DNA from: Octopus sinensis
Lineage: Eukaryota
DNA: 64,000 nucleotides
Reading direction: 5' to 3'
NCBI RefSeq assembly: GCF_006345805.1
Contig: NC_043009.1
Coordinates: forward strand, 8,246,001 to 8,310,000
The notes beneath the pieces are model-generated. The model was not told the origin of the DNA, did not search any database, and saw only the letters and a program-made list of their open reading frames with translations. Position numbers and translations under genes: made by a program. Position 1 is the stretch's first letter, and every line of letters begins with the position of its first letter. Below are positions 1 to 13,320 of this stretch, one piece after another.

Positions 1-1051
1 TTTCAGTTCCCTTGGGAACCAATACTAATATTTCTATCCTACCCTGCTACCCAGTAAATCCAGCAACCAAAAAAATTATATAGCCCAGACAATATTTTTT
101 TTCTGTATGGGGTGGAGATAGTCAGACTAATAACAAATATTACCCCCTTTCCAACCCAATTCCATTTCCTTTCATGACCCTTCCAATCTATTTTGATTTG
201 GAATTTAGGTCAATAAACTGTCCCTAAAGGAGGTTACGCTTTTTTCTTTCCTACCCCCTTTTTAATATCTTTCCTAATACCCCAAACACTTAAACATACT
301 CTTCTTCTTTTCTTACTTAAATCCTAAGATTGTCTTTCTTTATACTTTGTTTTGTTTAGTTTTTATTTTTTTAAGCATTCATGGTACCCCCCCCCCCACC
401 ACATTTTTTATGTCTTCAAAAATTATGAAATTATTTGTTATATGTCTACCATTATACCTAGTCTCAGAGTTGCTTGTTTTTGTCTCACTATAGTTTTCTG
501 TTTCAAATCGACTTTCTAGTTCCAAAGACTACACGCAAATATTATGGTAATTTCCTAACTTAACTATTGATTAAATTTGTTCATTCAGTCAATGATGAAG
601 AAGGAGTTTTATGTTAACATTATTTGTTGGTCATTTATGTATGTATTCATTTATTTATTAGTAGATATCTAGTGGTTCTGTATGACCAGCAAACTTCCCC
701 TCCTTATCTATCTCTCCTCTTTCTCATCCCGTCCTCCATTTTCTGGCATATTTCCAATTTAACTAGCCATTTCTTCTTTTGTTGTTGTTATATCCATGAC
801 AACAACAAGAACAATGAAGAGATATCAGCACTAGAAAGTGGAGATGCTTCAGAGTATTAGGGTGAATAGAAATACTTAGATAAAATTCGGAAGTCCAAGT
901 GTTATCGAAGGATATTTAATAACTTAATCTTTAGCAACCAAACTTACTTGATATAAGGACTGACCTGACTTAAGCAACAACAACAGCATTTTGAAGGGTC
1001 TCGTTGTTGTTTAGACCCAGGTCAGCTCTGATTGAGCAAGTCATTTGTGAC

Positions 1052-1313
1052 CAGTGCCAGCGCTAGGAAGTGCAGGACCCAATTAGAGAATTGTCAGTGA
1101 GGCCCTCTTCTCTACAAAAGCTAACGTTTTATGTTTTGTGTAGTATGCCAGTCCCAGCCAAAAGGTATTGAGGGCTTGAGGCTCTGTCATTAGCCACAAT
1201 GATGTACTATAACTTCATCATAGCATCCTCCACTCGAGCGTGTGCATGGGGTTCTTTCTTGGTGCAGGGCCCAATTTGAACAAATCCGTCTAATTGGCTT
1301 AAAACCAGCCCTA
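1052..1313. mobile_element. hAT-like MITE nested in an older repeat
   Basis: Starts CAGTGCCAGCGCTAGG, ends ACCAGCCCT(A). Flanked by degenerate 8-bp duplication TTTGTGAC/TCTATGAC. Interrupts a family-D repeat (about 920-1050 and 1315-1430). Confidence 0.45.
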
Positions 1314-2466
1314 TCTATGACCATCTTACTTTGGGGTAATTGGGGGAATTTGGGGATTGAATGACCAGATTATGAATCTTCAATTCGGATCAAAAAACTT
1401 TTGGTTTGATGCCATTCCAGCCATGCCCATTGTTGAGTATTTAGGTAGCATTACTTGTACTAAATCTGACCAGACATTTTGTTTGTGACTCTAATGCAAG
1501 AATGGCTAGCATACTGCCAGTGGGCTGGTTATGGCCCCCAACTCAGTTTTGTAAAACAAATTTTGAAATATTGTATAATATACATCACTAGCATTTGTTG
1601 GGACTAGGTGCCCAACCAGATTTAAGATTAACACTGTTTCTGATTAGTCAAATCAGCACATCTAAGAGAATCTTTTCTATCTCAACCAATAAGAAAGAAG
1701 CTTATGGATCCATACACTGAAGAATGTGACCCATTTCCTTTTTGTCTATGCAGGCAAAGCTAAATGGAAATAGTTCAGTTCTTTTTTGTTGTTTTCTTTT
1801 CAAATTTATGCACCCAGTTGTCTAGTGATATATATTCAGATGTATATATATCTGAATGGATTCTAGTGATATATATAAACAATAATAAAAGGTTTTGCAG
1901 CTCAAACAATGCAAGATTTCTACCAAGCATTGAAATTTTAAAGAACTGTGTGTATTCGTTTAGACTATTTCTATCTTCTTTCTTACTGCATGGACTCTTA
2001 CTTAAAGAGAACTGTAATACACCAAATAGAGGAGGTTTTCCAACACGTCTCTGCAACACAACTTTTACTAACATCTCATGTTTTTCCTTTCTTTATTGTT
2101 GATAAAATTGGTATAACATATATTGATCCCTTTAACCATTTACTTTGACTTACATTACAAATAGGGATTTTGGGAATGATTGTCCCTATCTGACTTATCT
2201 ACTTTATGCTTCAAATTGGCCTCCAAAGCCAAATGAGTTTGACATTCTTGCTCCTAAGCATGTGTGGCATTTAGACATATCACTTTTCATTGTGACTTCA
2301 AATCATGCCAAACTCAACTCTCTTTCATCCTTCATGAGTTGATGAAATAATTACCAGTCAAGTACTGGGATCAATGTAATTGACTGTATTACACTGCAAC
2401 AAAATTTTTAGCCAATGTTAGAAATCAATATTTATTGTAAATATTGGTTTGTATATGAAAGAATCG

Positions 2467-2694
2467 TTAACCATTTAGCATTTAAACCAGCCATATTCAG
2501 CTTAAATATTCAACTTGCTTTTATATTCAAACTGGCCATTTCTGGCCTCTCACACCTACTTACAATGTCATTGTAACAATAAGCAATTACATCGTTGAAA
2601 TTTTAAAGCTATGAGATGATTCATGATTAATTCAAAACAATGTGAAGAAATGAGCATTTCATTTGAAAGAGTAATCTATATGCTAAAGTGTTAA
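2467..2694. mobile_element. TTAA-flanked MITE (piggyBac-like ends)
   Basis: TTAA-CCATTTAGCAT ... ATGCTAAAGTG-TTAA: short imperfect TIR with TTAA at both ends. Confidence 0.55.
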
Positions 2695-2786
2695 TAACAC
2701 TAGAATTATCATATTCCTTTCCTACACTCAAACATCATGGGGGAAAGTCAGAATGTCCACTAAAAGCTGTCTTAAAGGAGGACCTA

Positions 2787-2930
2787 CAGTCATGGCCAAA
2801 ATTTGGAACATAGGTCTGAAAATTAGAATTTATATATTAAATGCCCAAAGTTATATTTGAACCAAATTGTACTTGGGCATAACAATTTAAATTTAAAAAA
2901 AAATATGTTCCAAACTTTTGGCCATGACTG
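2787..2930. mobile_element. Tc1-family MITE
   Basis: TA|CAGTCATGGCCAAAATTTGGAACATA ... TATGTTCCAAACTTTTGGCCATGACTG|TA: near-perfect TIR (one indel) with TA duplication. Confidence 0.88.
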
Positions 2931-4116
2931 TAATTGTATGATGCAATCCAGTATATACCATTCCTCAGAAAAGACATGACTTGAATGCCTGTCATCATTG
3001 GTATATCAGGTTATGACTGACCTGGTGCTAAACAACATCAGCCACTTGGTCTTTGGATGTCTTTAGCAAATATCCAGCCCAAACTTCTAATCCATCTACA
3101 CCCATTTTATTTTTCTGCAAATGTTGATCTATAGGATGGGTGTTAACACCCCACCATCAATCCTTCCAAAAAGAAAGCCTGCAAAGATCATAAACACTGC
3201 CTTTCACCTTCTGATTAACTTCTTGTAAATGCAGAAGAAAGATGTCATTAGTTTTTAAATGTTGTGAAGAAGTCAGTGAAGTGAGATTTTGAGAAAAAGA
3301 GAGTATTTAGTGAAATAACTTGCCAATTGGTTAATAGGGCCAAAAGAAAGAAGAGAATAAGGCAGTGTTTTTTTAACCTTTATCTTCATGTATTTCTCTC
3401 CTTTATCAGTTTCACTATTCCAATCCCACACACTTCACATTTGCTAAGAGGAAAAGCAGTCCTATTCACAACACAATTCATTGCTTAATATTAAGAACTT
3501 TATATTACTTAGAATCCTTAAAAAAATCAAAACTTAGGAAAATAAATCTAGTAAAAACGGTGCCAATAATGATATTGTTCAACCTAAAAGCAATTTCCTC
3601 CAATGGAATTCCAAAATTACCCCTGAATCATAAAATTTCTCACTTGGATGAAAATTTTCCCTAGATTAAGTAAATAGAATTATTATATCCTGTAACAAGG
3701 TGTTTCATTGTTGGGAAAAATATGAAATATTTTTTTATCAAAGGAAAATAAAGAAAATTTCATTTCAAACACTTATATTTATCGTATTATGTACCCCAAG
3801 CTAACAAACAGTTTGAGCACCACCAACCTGTGGAGCAAATTGAATTTTCTGTTGAAGCCCTTTGAACATGACATGTTCAAATTTGTATCATGGCCTACCT
3901 TCAGTACACAGCCAGAAGTGTATTATGCTGTACTTCTTGTTTAAATTCATGCCAACCTTGAACAGACAAATCTGGAACAAAAAGTATTTTAATCATGACC
4001 TAGGTGTTTCTATATATGCAACGAAACATTAAACTAGAAATCCCCAAATGAGTATTATCCTTACCATAATTAGAATCCCAATAAAGAATAATCACACAAT
4101 ATTAATGTATGGTATG

Positions 4117-4121
4117 ATATA

Positions 4122-4164
<43 letters not shown>

Positions 4165-4323
4165 AAATCACCATAAGCCAAGAAGCCAAGAACCCATAAG
4201 CAAGCTCAGTCTTAAAAGAACTAGAATTCCAATGAAGGTCAATTTAAAACCATGAAAACACAAAATACAGTCAATAAGCATATCTAATGTGTACATTTCA
4301 TCTTCAGCTGTCACACACACACG

Positions 4324-4379
<56 letters not shown>
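4117..4379. repeat. (TA)n at 4117-4161 and (CA)n at 4311-4379
   Basis: Direct reading. These explain the low-complexity ORFs at 4168-4518. Confidence 0.9.
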
Positions 4380-4380
<1 letters not shown>

Positions 4381-4669
4381 TATAACTGAAAGGCTCCAAC
4401 CTCCAATTTTGTATATGGCATTCACAAAGATTTTTAAACCAAAGCACATAAGGATAAGCGTTTTCTTCAAACTTTCATTCCATATTTCAAATAAATAATC
4501 AGACAGTGAATATTTCAAAAGAAAAGCAAGCTTAGTTCACCAGCTGATGATCGGAAATGAGTAACCCTGAGTACTGGCAATTGGAGCTTTTCAGTTATTA
4601 TGTATTAAAGAATACTCTACTTTTGTATTGAGTTCTATAATTTATTGTTTCTGGTGAATCAACAGAGAT

Positions 4670-4960
4670 TTCATCATCATTTGATGTCTGTTGGCATGGG
4701 GTGGACAGTTTGACAGGAGATCACCACCCAGAGAGCTGTCCAGGCTCCTGTTGTCTGTTTTGACATGATTTCTACAGCTGGATGCCCCTTGTAATACCAA
4801 TCACTTTACAGAGTGTGTTGGGTACTTTTTACATGCTACCAGCATGGGTGCTCTTATGTGGCACCGGCATCAGTACATTTTATGTGGCACTGGCACAAAT
4901 ACATTCTATGTGGCACCAGCAAGATTGCAATTTATGTGGCACCAGCATCAATAAGAGAAA
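4670..4960 (-). mobile_element. Degenerate RTE-type LINE/SINE 3' tail
   Basis: Contains GGCATGGGGTGGACAG and CTACAGCTGGATGCCC motifs shared with copies at 11520, 57400 and 63205. Confidence 0.5.
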
Positions 4961-4980
4961 TACCTCTCAGCTGTGAGAAG

Positions 4981-5570
4981 GAGTGGGAGCTGGCAGAATT
5001 GTTAGCACACCTGGCGAAATGCTTAGTTCGTCCTTATGTTCTGAGTTCAAATTCCGCTGAAGTCAAGTTTGCCTTTCATCCTTTCGGGGTCGATAGATTA
5101 AGTACCAGTTGAGTGCTGGGGTCAATGTAATCAACTAATCCCCTCCCCACAAATTTCAGGCCCTGTGCTTATAATAAGAAAGGATTATTATTATTAAGAG
5201 GTTGACTTTGTCTTTTACCCTTCCAGGAACAAGAAAATTTAGTACCATTTGAGTACTGGAACCAGTGTAATTGACTTGCTTTCCCCACTCCTCTAAAACT
5301 TGCTGGCCTTGTGCTAAAATTAGAAACAATTATTTTTTTTTATTATTATGGTATGTAACGTTGAGCTTGCAGAATCATTAGTGCATCAGATAAAATGCTT
5401 AGCATCATGTCATCAATCTTTACATTCTGGGTTTAAATTCTACCAAGGTGCACTTTGTCTTTCATCTTACAGGTTCAATGAAATAAGTACCAGTTGACCC
5501 CTGGGGTCAGTGTAATTGACTCACTCCCTCAAACTTGCTGGCTTTGTGCCAAAATTTGAAACCATTATTA
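4981..5570 (+). mobile_element. Three head-to-tail SINE family B copies
   Basis: GAGCTGGCAGAA..TTAGC A-box-like, GAGTTCAAATTCC B-box-like, GACTTTGCCTTTCATCC core and (ATT)n-like tails. Units about 4981-5197, 5200-5345, 5360-5570. Confidence 0.75.
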
Positions 5571-5640
5571 TAAAAAGCTATTATAAAAAAAACACCATCA
5601 TTCTCATTATTATTAATATTATAAAAGAAATTGCCATCAT

Positions 5641-5932
5641 ACTATAGCCTCAGACTGACAAAGCCTTGTGAGTGGATTTGGTAGATGGAAACTGAAAGAA
5701 GCCTGTCATATATATGTATATATATATGTGTGTGTCTGTGTTTGTCCCCCCCCCCAACATTGCTTGACAACTGATGCTGGTGTGTTTACATCCCCATAAC
5801 TTAGCAGTTCGGCAAAAAAGACCGATAGAATAAGTACTAGGCTTACAAAGAATAAGTCCTGGGGCGATTTGCTCGACTAAAGGCAGTGCTCCAGCATAGC
5901 CACAGTGAAATGACTGAAACAAGTAAAAGAGT
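5641..5932 (+). mobile_element. SINE family A, 5'-truncated, tail type 1
   Basis: GCCTTGTGAGTGGATTTGGTAGATGGAAACTGAAAGAAGCC core, internal (TA)(TG) tract, tail GACTGAAACAAGTAAAAGAG. Confidence 0.85.
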
Positions 5933-6769
5933 ATCATCATCATCATCAGTGGTGATTCACCAAGCCACATTCACAGCAGTAATACCTCAGCTTCACTGAA
6001 TGCAACATTGAATTAGCATATAACATTCAGCATTCCTCAAAACCCAATTCTGTGTGTAGTCTCTCGACCTAGAAACAACACACCAATTCTCTCTCTCTCT
6101 CTCTCTCTCTCTCATCACATTCTACCATCTTAAAGAATGAAGGACAAATACTACAAGGATTTAGTTCTAGATATACTAATCTACAAGAAAAAAAAATGCA
6201 GGATAATCATAGATGGAATGCCTTTGATCATAGATTTGTTGGTTCAAAACTGGCCTGAGCTGAAGTAACAACAACATATGGCTATTTAAATTGGCCCTCT
6301 ACTGACTTTGCTATCTCCACTGATAACAAAACATAATAATAAATCATCCACAAAAGTTTTAAAGAGAAAGAAGCATTTCTCTATAAAATATTTGAAATTA
6401 CATTTATCATAGCCATTTCCTGATTGACTAGACAAGCAGTTTCCTAAACCAAGTTCTTCTAACTTCCTGTAGTGTTGATCTTCTGCGAGTATCCCATAAG
6501 GATTCTGCCAGAGAATTTCTTTAACCTTTTGCTTGTTGGCCCATAAACCATAAACTTAATTCATACCATAAATAATGTGAGATGACTTCAAGTCATTGGG
6601 CAATACTCAGCATATGTAGCTGAAAAATAAAATGTCACTATTAGTTATTTATATGTAGAAGAAAAAAAGAAGAAAAAAAAACCTTAAAAAAGAAATCTAA
6701 TGACACCTGCTTTGACTGTATATGTAAGTGTATGAATTGATAAAGCAATCAATCCTACAGGTTCAGACA

Positions 6770-7030
6770 CGACCATGTGGTTAAGAAGTTGTAACTAGAT
6801 GATTCTAGGTTCAATCCCACTTTAGTCATATGAGTTTCTTTGTGAATATACATGTGTGTATATGTGTGTGTTTGTTTATGTTGTGTCCCTCTGTGTCTTG
6901 TAACTTAACAGTTCAATAAACAGAGAATTATAAAATAAGTACCAGACTGTAATAATATTGGAGTCAATATTGTCCATTAAAGCAGAACCAAAGCATAGCT
7001 GCAGTTTATTGACAAAAGCCAGTGGAAGAG
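6770..7030 (+). mobile_element. SINE family A, degenerate
   Basis: GTGGTTAAGAAG..GGTTCAATCCCACT head and AATAAGTACCAG tail remnants. Confidence 0.55.
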
Positions 7031-7342
7031 TGAGTTTTTTTTAAATGCTAATTTGGAAAGAAAAGATATGTAAAAATGATATTGAGAAAGAAGAGAAAAT
7101 TTTGATTGATAATATCGACTTCTTTTTTATTTCGAAATCAAAAAGAAAAAAAAAAAGGGTTAGTTTTTGTAAAGAATGGCATGCAGTTGAATGAATTATG
7201 TGCTATATACTCCTCCTTATTTTATCAATCTCTGATAGATAAATATGTAAAATTAGAGCCGGGTGAGCTTTGAACTCTGAACACAGAGAATAGAAACTAA
7301 ACACTTAAAAATTTATAATTTCTAAGACAATTAACCTTATCT

Positions 7343-7552
7343 TTAACCCTTTTTAAAATCAGTCTCCTTAAGACCACCCTTGGTTATTAGATCAAAACTT
7401 CTGGTTTTCAAATAATACAAAATTTCAGGTTTATCTATGTTCCAAACACCAGCTTAATAATGGCAGTTATTTTACTAAATTCTTCATTATTTTCAAATGG
7501 AATTGAAATAAGTTTAGAGTATTTTAACAAAATATGGTAACAAAAATGTTAA
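7343..7552. mobile_element. Degenerate TTAA-flanked MITE
   Basis: TTAACCCTTT ... GGTAACAAAAATGTTAA. A related sequence lies at about 40230-40450. Confidence 0.4.
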
Positions 7553-8139
7553 AGATGAAATATCGTAATATATAAAAGTGAAAGTATATATATTCTAATT
7601 TTGCATCCTGGTAGCAGAATTTTTGCATAAGGGTATCTCTTTTCAATGAGATTGTATCAGACTATGTGACTTTTAGGTTCTATATCTATTTAATTTTTAC
7701 AAGTTTTTATGAAACCCCACTTGAACCATCTTCTAAATTGCTTGGATGCAACAATTATGAATGAATCAACATTCTCTGAGCAGTTGAAAACTATCAGCAT
7801 TTATCCATGGGTGTGCAGGTATTTTGAAAATACTTTATGGAATGGCAACCATTCTCTGCATGGTTATAGGCTGCCCTTTGGCAAGGCATAGCACCTGTCC
7901 AGTCACCCTGCCAGAGATATAGCAAAGTGGGATTGCAGCATGGCAGATTGTGAAGAGGCAGCAGAAGAGCTCAACTGAGCCAAAAATGCTTCTTACATTG
8001 ATGCTGAGCAGAGGAATCTTAATCAACGGTCAGGGTCACCCAGCCCTCTCAAGAGAGTAACTGCAACACATCCATACAGGTGGCATCCATGGTTGTGTAA
8101 TTAGCTAATGAAAAATTCACTATGACTCATATATATATA

Positions 8140-9420
8140 TCAGGTTGAGTAAAAAGTAAGCAATATTTTGAATCATGAAGAATTTGTACCGGATTTCTAC
8201 AGGGGTTTGAATTTTTTTTAAACATTTTTTTTTGCAATTGTCTGATGATACAGACATAAACTTGCCCAAAAGTATCAATAAATTAACATTGATGTTTTTT
8301 TCACTGTTGTTACAATAATCTGAAATGTCAAAGTACGATATTCAAGCAACTTTGCTGTTCAACTTCAAAAAAGGATGTAAAGCAGCTGAAACTGCTTACA
8401 ATATCAACAAAGTGTTTGATGAAAAAATGATCAGTGAGAGGTCAGCTCGAAAATAGTTTAAATGATTTTGCAGTGGATACCTGAGCCTTGAAGATTTTGA
8501 GCGTATTGGATGTCCATCTGCCATTGATGATGGCCAATTAAAGACTGTCATTGAGAAAGATCCACGTAAAGCCGATCGTAAACTGGTAAAAGAACTTTAG
8601 TTAGTCGGAAAACTGCCTGCAACCATTTGCATGCGATCTAAAAATCAAACAAGCACGACAAATGGGTTCCACATGGTTTGAATGAAAATCAGAAAATGCG
8701 CAGATATGAAATTTACCCGTCACTTCTTCTCTGTAACCAGACAAATCCATTTCTCAACCACATTGGAACTTGCAATGGAAAGTAGATTCCGTACAATAAT
8801 AAAAAGCATTCTCCACAGTGGTTGGACCAAAATGAAGCACCGAAAACCTTCCCTACATCCAGGCTCTTCAAAAAGAAAGTTATGGTGACTGTTTGGTGGT
8901 GTACTGCTGGACTCATCCACTATGACTTCTTAAAACTCAGAAAAACCATTACTGCAGAAACATATTGCCATGAAATTGCCAAAATGAATGAAAAACTGTG
9001 ACTCCTCCATCCCAGACTGGTCAAAAGAAGAGGGCAAATCATTCTTCATGACAATGCTTGACCACACATTTCACTAATGAAAATCCAGAAGTTGAGGGAA
9101 CTAAGCTATAAAGTTCTTTTCCACCCAGCTTATTCCTCAGACCTTTCTCCTACCAACTACCAATTTTTCAAGCACCTTGATGGTTTCCTGCAAGAGAAAT
9201 AGGTAAAAACTCAAACTGATGCTGAATATTTGTTCAAAGACTTCATCAGCTCCAGAACTCCAGATCTTTATGTTACCGGAATAAACAAACTTGTAACTCA
9301 TTGGCACAAATGTGTTGATTTTAATAGTACTTACTTTGATGAACAAAATTTCCACATTGTTGAAATATATTGTGATGAAATTCATGTTTCAAGACATTGC
9401 TTACTTTATACTCAGCCTGA
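8140..9420 (+). mobile_element. Full-length decayed mariner transposon (DD34D type), 1281 bp
   Basis: 31-bp TIRs TCAGGTTGAGTAAAAAGTAAGCAATATTTTG / CAAGACATTGCTTACTTTATACTCAGCCTGA (4 mismatches). TA on the left side. Confidence 0.95.
8325..9343 (+). pseudogene. Mariner transposase pseudogene (stops and frameshifts)
   Basis: MSKYDIQATLLFNFKKGCKAAETAYNIN, KWVPHGLNENQK, HDNA*PH-x-HPAYSSDLSPTN (D-x34-N, third D mutated), WHKCVDFNSTYFD. Confidence 0.95.
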
Positions 9421-9499
9421 TGTGTGTGTTTGTGTTGGTGTGTTATCATTTTAATGCCTACTTTCATGTGCTTGCCTGTGTCAAACAAAATTTGTTGTG

Positions 9500-9694
9500 G
9501 TAGATTTTCTACTGCCGGATGCTTTTCCTGCCACCAACCCTCACCTTTTTTCAAACAAGGTAGTATTTCCCCATGGCCAAACATGTCTTTCACAGAGGAC
9601 TGAAAACAAAGCAACACTGCTTGTATGAGGATGCTGCTCACTTACAACCATCACTTGATGTCAAGATAAGGGCACACCACACACAAAGACAAGG

Positions 9695-9737
<43 letters not shown>

Positions 9738-9892
9738 CATACATGACTGGTGTCTTTCAATTTCCGTCTACCAAATTTGCTCACAAAGCTTGGGTTGGTG
9801 CCTGGAGCTATAGTAGATGTTTGCCCAAGGTGTCACACACAAAATCACATGGTTAAGATGAAAGCGTCTCAACCACACTGCCATGTCCCCTG
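9500..9892 (-). mobile_element. SINE family A, tail type 2 (RTE-like)
   Basis: Reverse strand: family A head and core, (TG)n tract, then GGTGGCAGGAAAAGCATCCGGCAG tail. Confidence 0.7.
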
Positions 9893-10327
9893 CATGTATA
9901 AGTTTGTGTGTATTAATGTACATATTTATGTGTGTATATTATATGTAAATATCATCTGCATATATATATGTGTGTGTGTGTGAAGAGAGACACATACAAA
10001 CACATACACACACTCATACACATATGGATACAGTATATCTATATATCTATATCCGTATATCAGCATGAAATTTTAACATTGCTGAGAACACCGATAAACT
10101 GTGCTTTGAGATGAAAATCCTTTGTGGTATTTGTTCCGCCTGACTTACACAAAGAATCGTTTTTACCATTGTAAATGCAATGAAGCAGAGATTGGCCTAT
10201 TGGAATCCTGTAACCAATGGCACTACATTTTTCATAAAATGCTACATTAAAGAAGTAAATAAGTTAAACATTTTTACTATTTTAATATTACATACATTTC
10301 TATTTTCATATTTATACACAGGTTAAA

Positions 10328-10545
10328 GCGGAGAACTGGCAGAATCGTTAGCACACCAGGTGAAATGCTTAGCAGTATTTTGTCTTGTCTTTATGTTCTG
10401 AGTTCAAATTCCACTGAGGTTGACTTTACCTTTCATCCTTTTGGAGTTGATAGAATAAGAACCAGTTGAGCACTGGGGTTGATCTAATGAACTTACTCCC
10501 TCCCCCGAAAATTGCTGGCATTGTGCCAAAATTTCAAACCAATAT
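10328..10545 (+). mobile_element. SINE family B
   Basis: GAACTGGCAGAATCGTTAGC...GAGTTCAAATTCC...GTGCCAAAATTTCAAACCAATATT. Confidence 0.8.
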
Positions 10546-10589
10546 TTATATATAAGTGCGGACATAGCTGTGTGTATGTGTGTGTGTGC

Positions 10590-10928
10590 ATGTGGTTAAG
10601 AGGGTCAGTTTGGTTTCAGGTTCAGTCCCATGGTTTCGGTTCAGTTCTGCTGCACAGTAACTTGGACAAGTGTCTTCAATTATCCCTGGGTCAACCAATG
10701 CCTTGAAAATGAATGGAAATTTGTCAGAGATATGTGTGTGTTTGTTTGCCCCCTACTGTTTGACGACTGGTGTTTAAATCATCGAATTTATTGGTTCAGT
10801 GAAAGAGACTGATAAAATAAGTATCAGGCTTAAAAAAAACATAAGTACTAGGGGCAGTTTGACTAAACCCTTCAAGCTGTTGCCCCAGCATGGCCACATA
10901 CCAATGACTGAAACAGATAAAAGATAAA
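10590..10928 (+). mobile_element. SINE family A, tail type 1
   Basis: Head GTGGTTAAG..GGTTCAGTCCCA; tail CCAGCATGGCCAC..GACTGAAACAGATAAAAGA. Confidence 0.72.
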
Positions 10929-11519
10929 AGATATATATTTTTGATGTAGTTGTAGTTGTTCATGAGAACGTTAGACTTGATGGAGGCAGACCCATGATCA
11001 AACATGTTCCAACCATGACCGTCCCATCCTTTTGTATATCTAGGAGTACATTGTTGAATGTGTCTATCATATTTTTTCTTCTCTAAATTGTAGGATGTGC
11101 TTGAGGGAAATCTATTTGCTATTTCTAGCAGGTTGAGTGATTACATAGAGGTTCTGTCATTTTCCATATTATTGTAAGTTGGTTAATTTTTCATTTTTAT
11201 CACTGAAGTAGGAGTGGTTGAAAGAGTGGATTCTGTTCAGTGAACCATATCCACCTACCTATTCCACAGCTAAGTAAACCATGGCATGAAAAATGAAGTT
11301 TGATATCTTATTTACTTTGCTGTTTGGTAAATCAATAGATCATAAGAGGCAGTTGGTGCTAGTAAGAACACCCTACTATTTACCCATATCATATTGTACC
11401 CATACGACTGTTCAAGTGTATAAACTTTTCTTACCTAATCAGCAATAAAGTATAAACCACAAAGGAGCCATTATGTGGTCCCATGACCTGCTAGAAATAG
11501 AAGCCAAATTTCCCACGGA

Positions 11520-11668
11520 GTGGTTGGCGTTAGGAAGGGCATCCAGCTGTAGAAACACTGCCAGATAAGACTGGAGCCTGGTGCAGCCTTCTGGCTTCCC
11601 AGATCCCCGGTCGAACCGTCCAACCCATGCTAGCATGGAGAATGGACGTTAAACGACGATGATGATTG
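11520..11668 (+). mobile_element. RTE-type LINE/SINE 3' end
   Basis: TGGTTGGCGTTAGGAAGGGCATCCAGC...GGACGTTAAACGACGATGATGAT tail. A highly similar inverted copy lies at about 63215-63330. Confidence 0.72.
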
Positions 11669-12895
11669 TGTTCAAAAGTAGGGCACTTTGAATATTGTAG
11701 CCATAGATGCACTATGTCTGACCAAGAATAATATATGAGATGGTCATAGATGGAAAGAGGGTAAACAACAACATCACAAAGGAATATGAAAATAAGTGTG
11801 AAGTAAAATTACTGAAAAAGGAAAAAAAATTCAATATCTAAAAATGGTTTTAAATTCTTATTATCATTATATTCAATGTAAGCCTCTATAACAGGTCTGC
11901 AGTTTGTTTCCTTTTGCAGAATATGGTTTATCAATAAAAACATTCACTAGAAAGCTTATTATTTAAACAAGGATAGATAAACAAACAAACATAACAGTTT
12001 TTCAACCATTGGAGAATGTTCTGCTAGTCTGTAAGAAACCTCAATGACCTTTGGTCAGTATAACTTACACCCAGGAGAAGCAGTTTGATTGATGGCTTCC
12101 TACTGATACCACTTAAAACATTTACCAATAACTACTGTAATACAAAGCCCTAAAACTAAAGTCCTAGGGATTTGATTAATTCTTGTGATACCTTAGTTAG
12201 GAATGATACACATGAGATTAATATCTATAATTGTGATAAAAGATTAGCATCAAACATCAAAAAGTTGCTAATATATGATATCGGAGAAGCGATATGATCT
12301 ATTTTTCACTTTTACATTTGCTTGTGCACTTGAGATTTAAGTATCAGCCAATGTCTAAACTATTACTAAAACACATACTACAACTATCAACTTACAACTT
12401 TTCTGTTGTGGGTTGGAAGAGATGTAGGAAGAAGAAGTGGTGTGTATGCATGCATGCAACTGCTGCTTGAAAATTGAATTTATTTTCTGCAGGGCATTTA
12501 CAATACACAATGTACATAATTTAAAAATTTAAATTACTCTCCCAGTTGTGTAGATTCTCTGTTGCTAAGTGGATCAGAGTAGTGTTGATATTGAGAGGAT
12601 GTTGAATTTGCCAGTTAGTGAAGCATTAGATTCCGATAGCAAAGGAAACAAGTTTAATTAGATTCTTTCTACCTAGAATTTAATCTTATTTTACTTTCTA
12701 ATTTATAGAGCCAATTCCATAAAAGGTATTCAGATTTAGGCTTCAGCTTCTCTTGTAATTAAAGCAGGTTTCCTTCACATCATTCAAAAGAGATATATTG
12801 AAGACATTGAAGCATATTCTCATAGTGTGTATGAATACGCCTCTATATATATACACACACACAAAGGCACAGGTGTAGCTATATATATGTATATA

Positions 12896-13320
12896 TAGGT
12901 ACAGATGTGGCTATGTGGTTAAGACACTTGCTTCCCAGCCACACAGTTCTGGGTTGTCTCACTGCATGGCACATTGGGCAGGTGTCTTCTGCTAAAGACC
13001 CGAACTGATTAAAGTTCTACCAGTGGATTTAGTAGATAGAAACTGAAAGAAGCCTGTCATATATATACAAGTGTGTGTCACTGCCTCTTTGCCTTGACAC
13101 CACATGGTAGTTGTAAATAAACATCATTGTCATGTAAAGGGGTAACCTTTGTTCCCTGTCTTCAATGAAACATGCCTGGTTATGGGAAAATATTACCTTA
13201 CTTAAAAACAGGTACAAGTTGGTGACAGGAAGAGCATCTGGTCATAAGCAATACACCTCAACAAAAATTCCATGCAAGTATGGAAAAGTGGACATTAAAA
13301 CGATGATGATGATGATGATG
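12896..13320 (+). mobile_element. SINE family A, tail type 2
   Basis: Family A head, then GGTGACAGGAAGAGCATCTGG...GTGGACATTAAAACGATGATGATG. Confidence 0.75.

Noticed and set aside
1-330. Possible LINE ORF remnant on the minus strand (MFKCLGY..)
   Set aside because: Multiple stops and no complete motif. Degenerate segments at about 30020-30700 and 44350-44740 were left unannotated for the same reason.
2200-2260. Minus-strand peptide MSNSFGFGG, matching the beta-ketoacyl synthase C-terminal motif
   Set aside because: Followed by QFEA* instead of TNA; the upstream frame is unlike KAS and runs into a SINE relic. Treated as coincidence.
6400-6560. Stop-free minus frame VYGLWANKQKVKEILWQNPYG...
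   Set aside because: An in-frame TAA lies directly upstream, there is no good acceptor or start, and no family is recognised.
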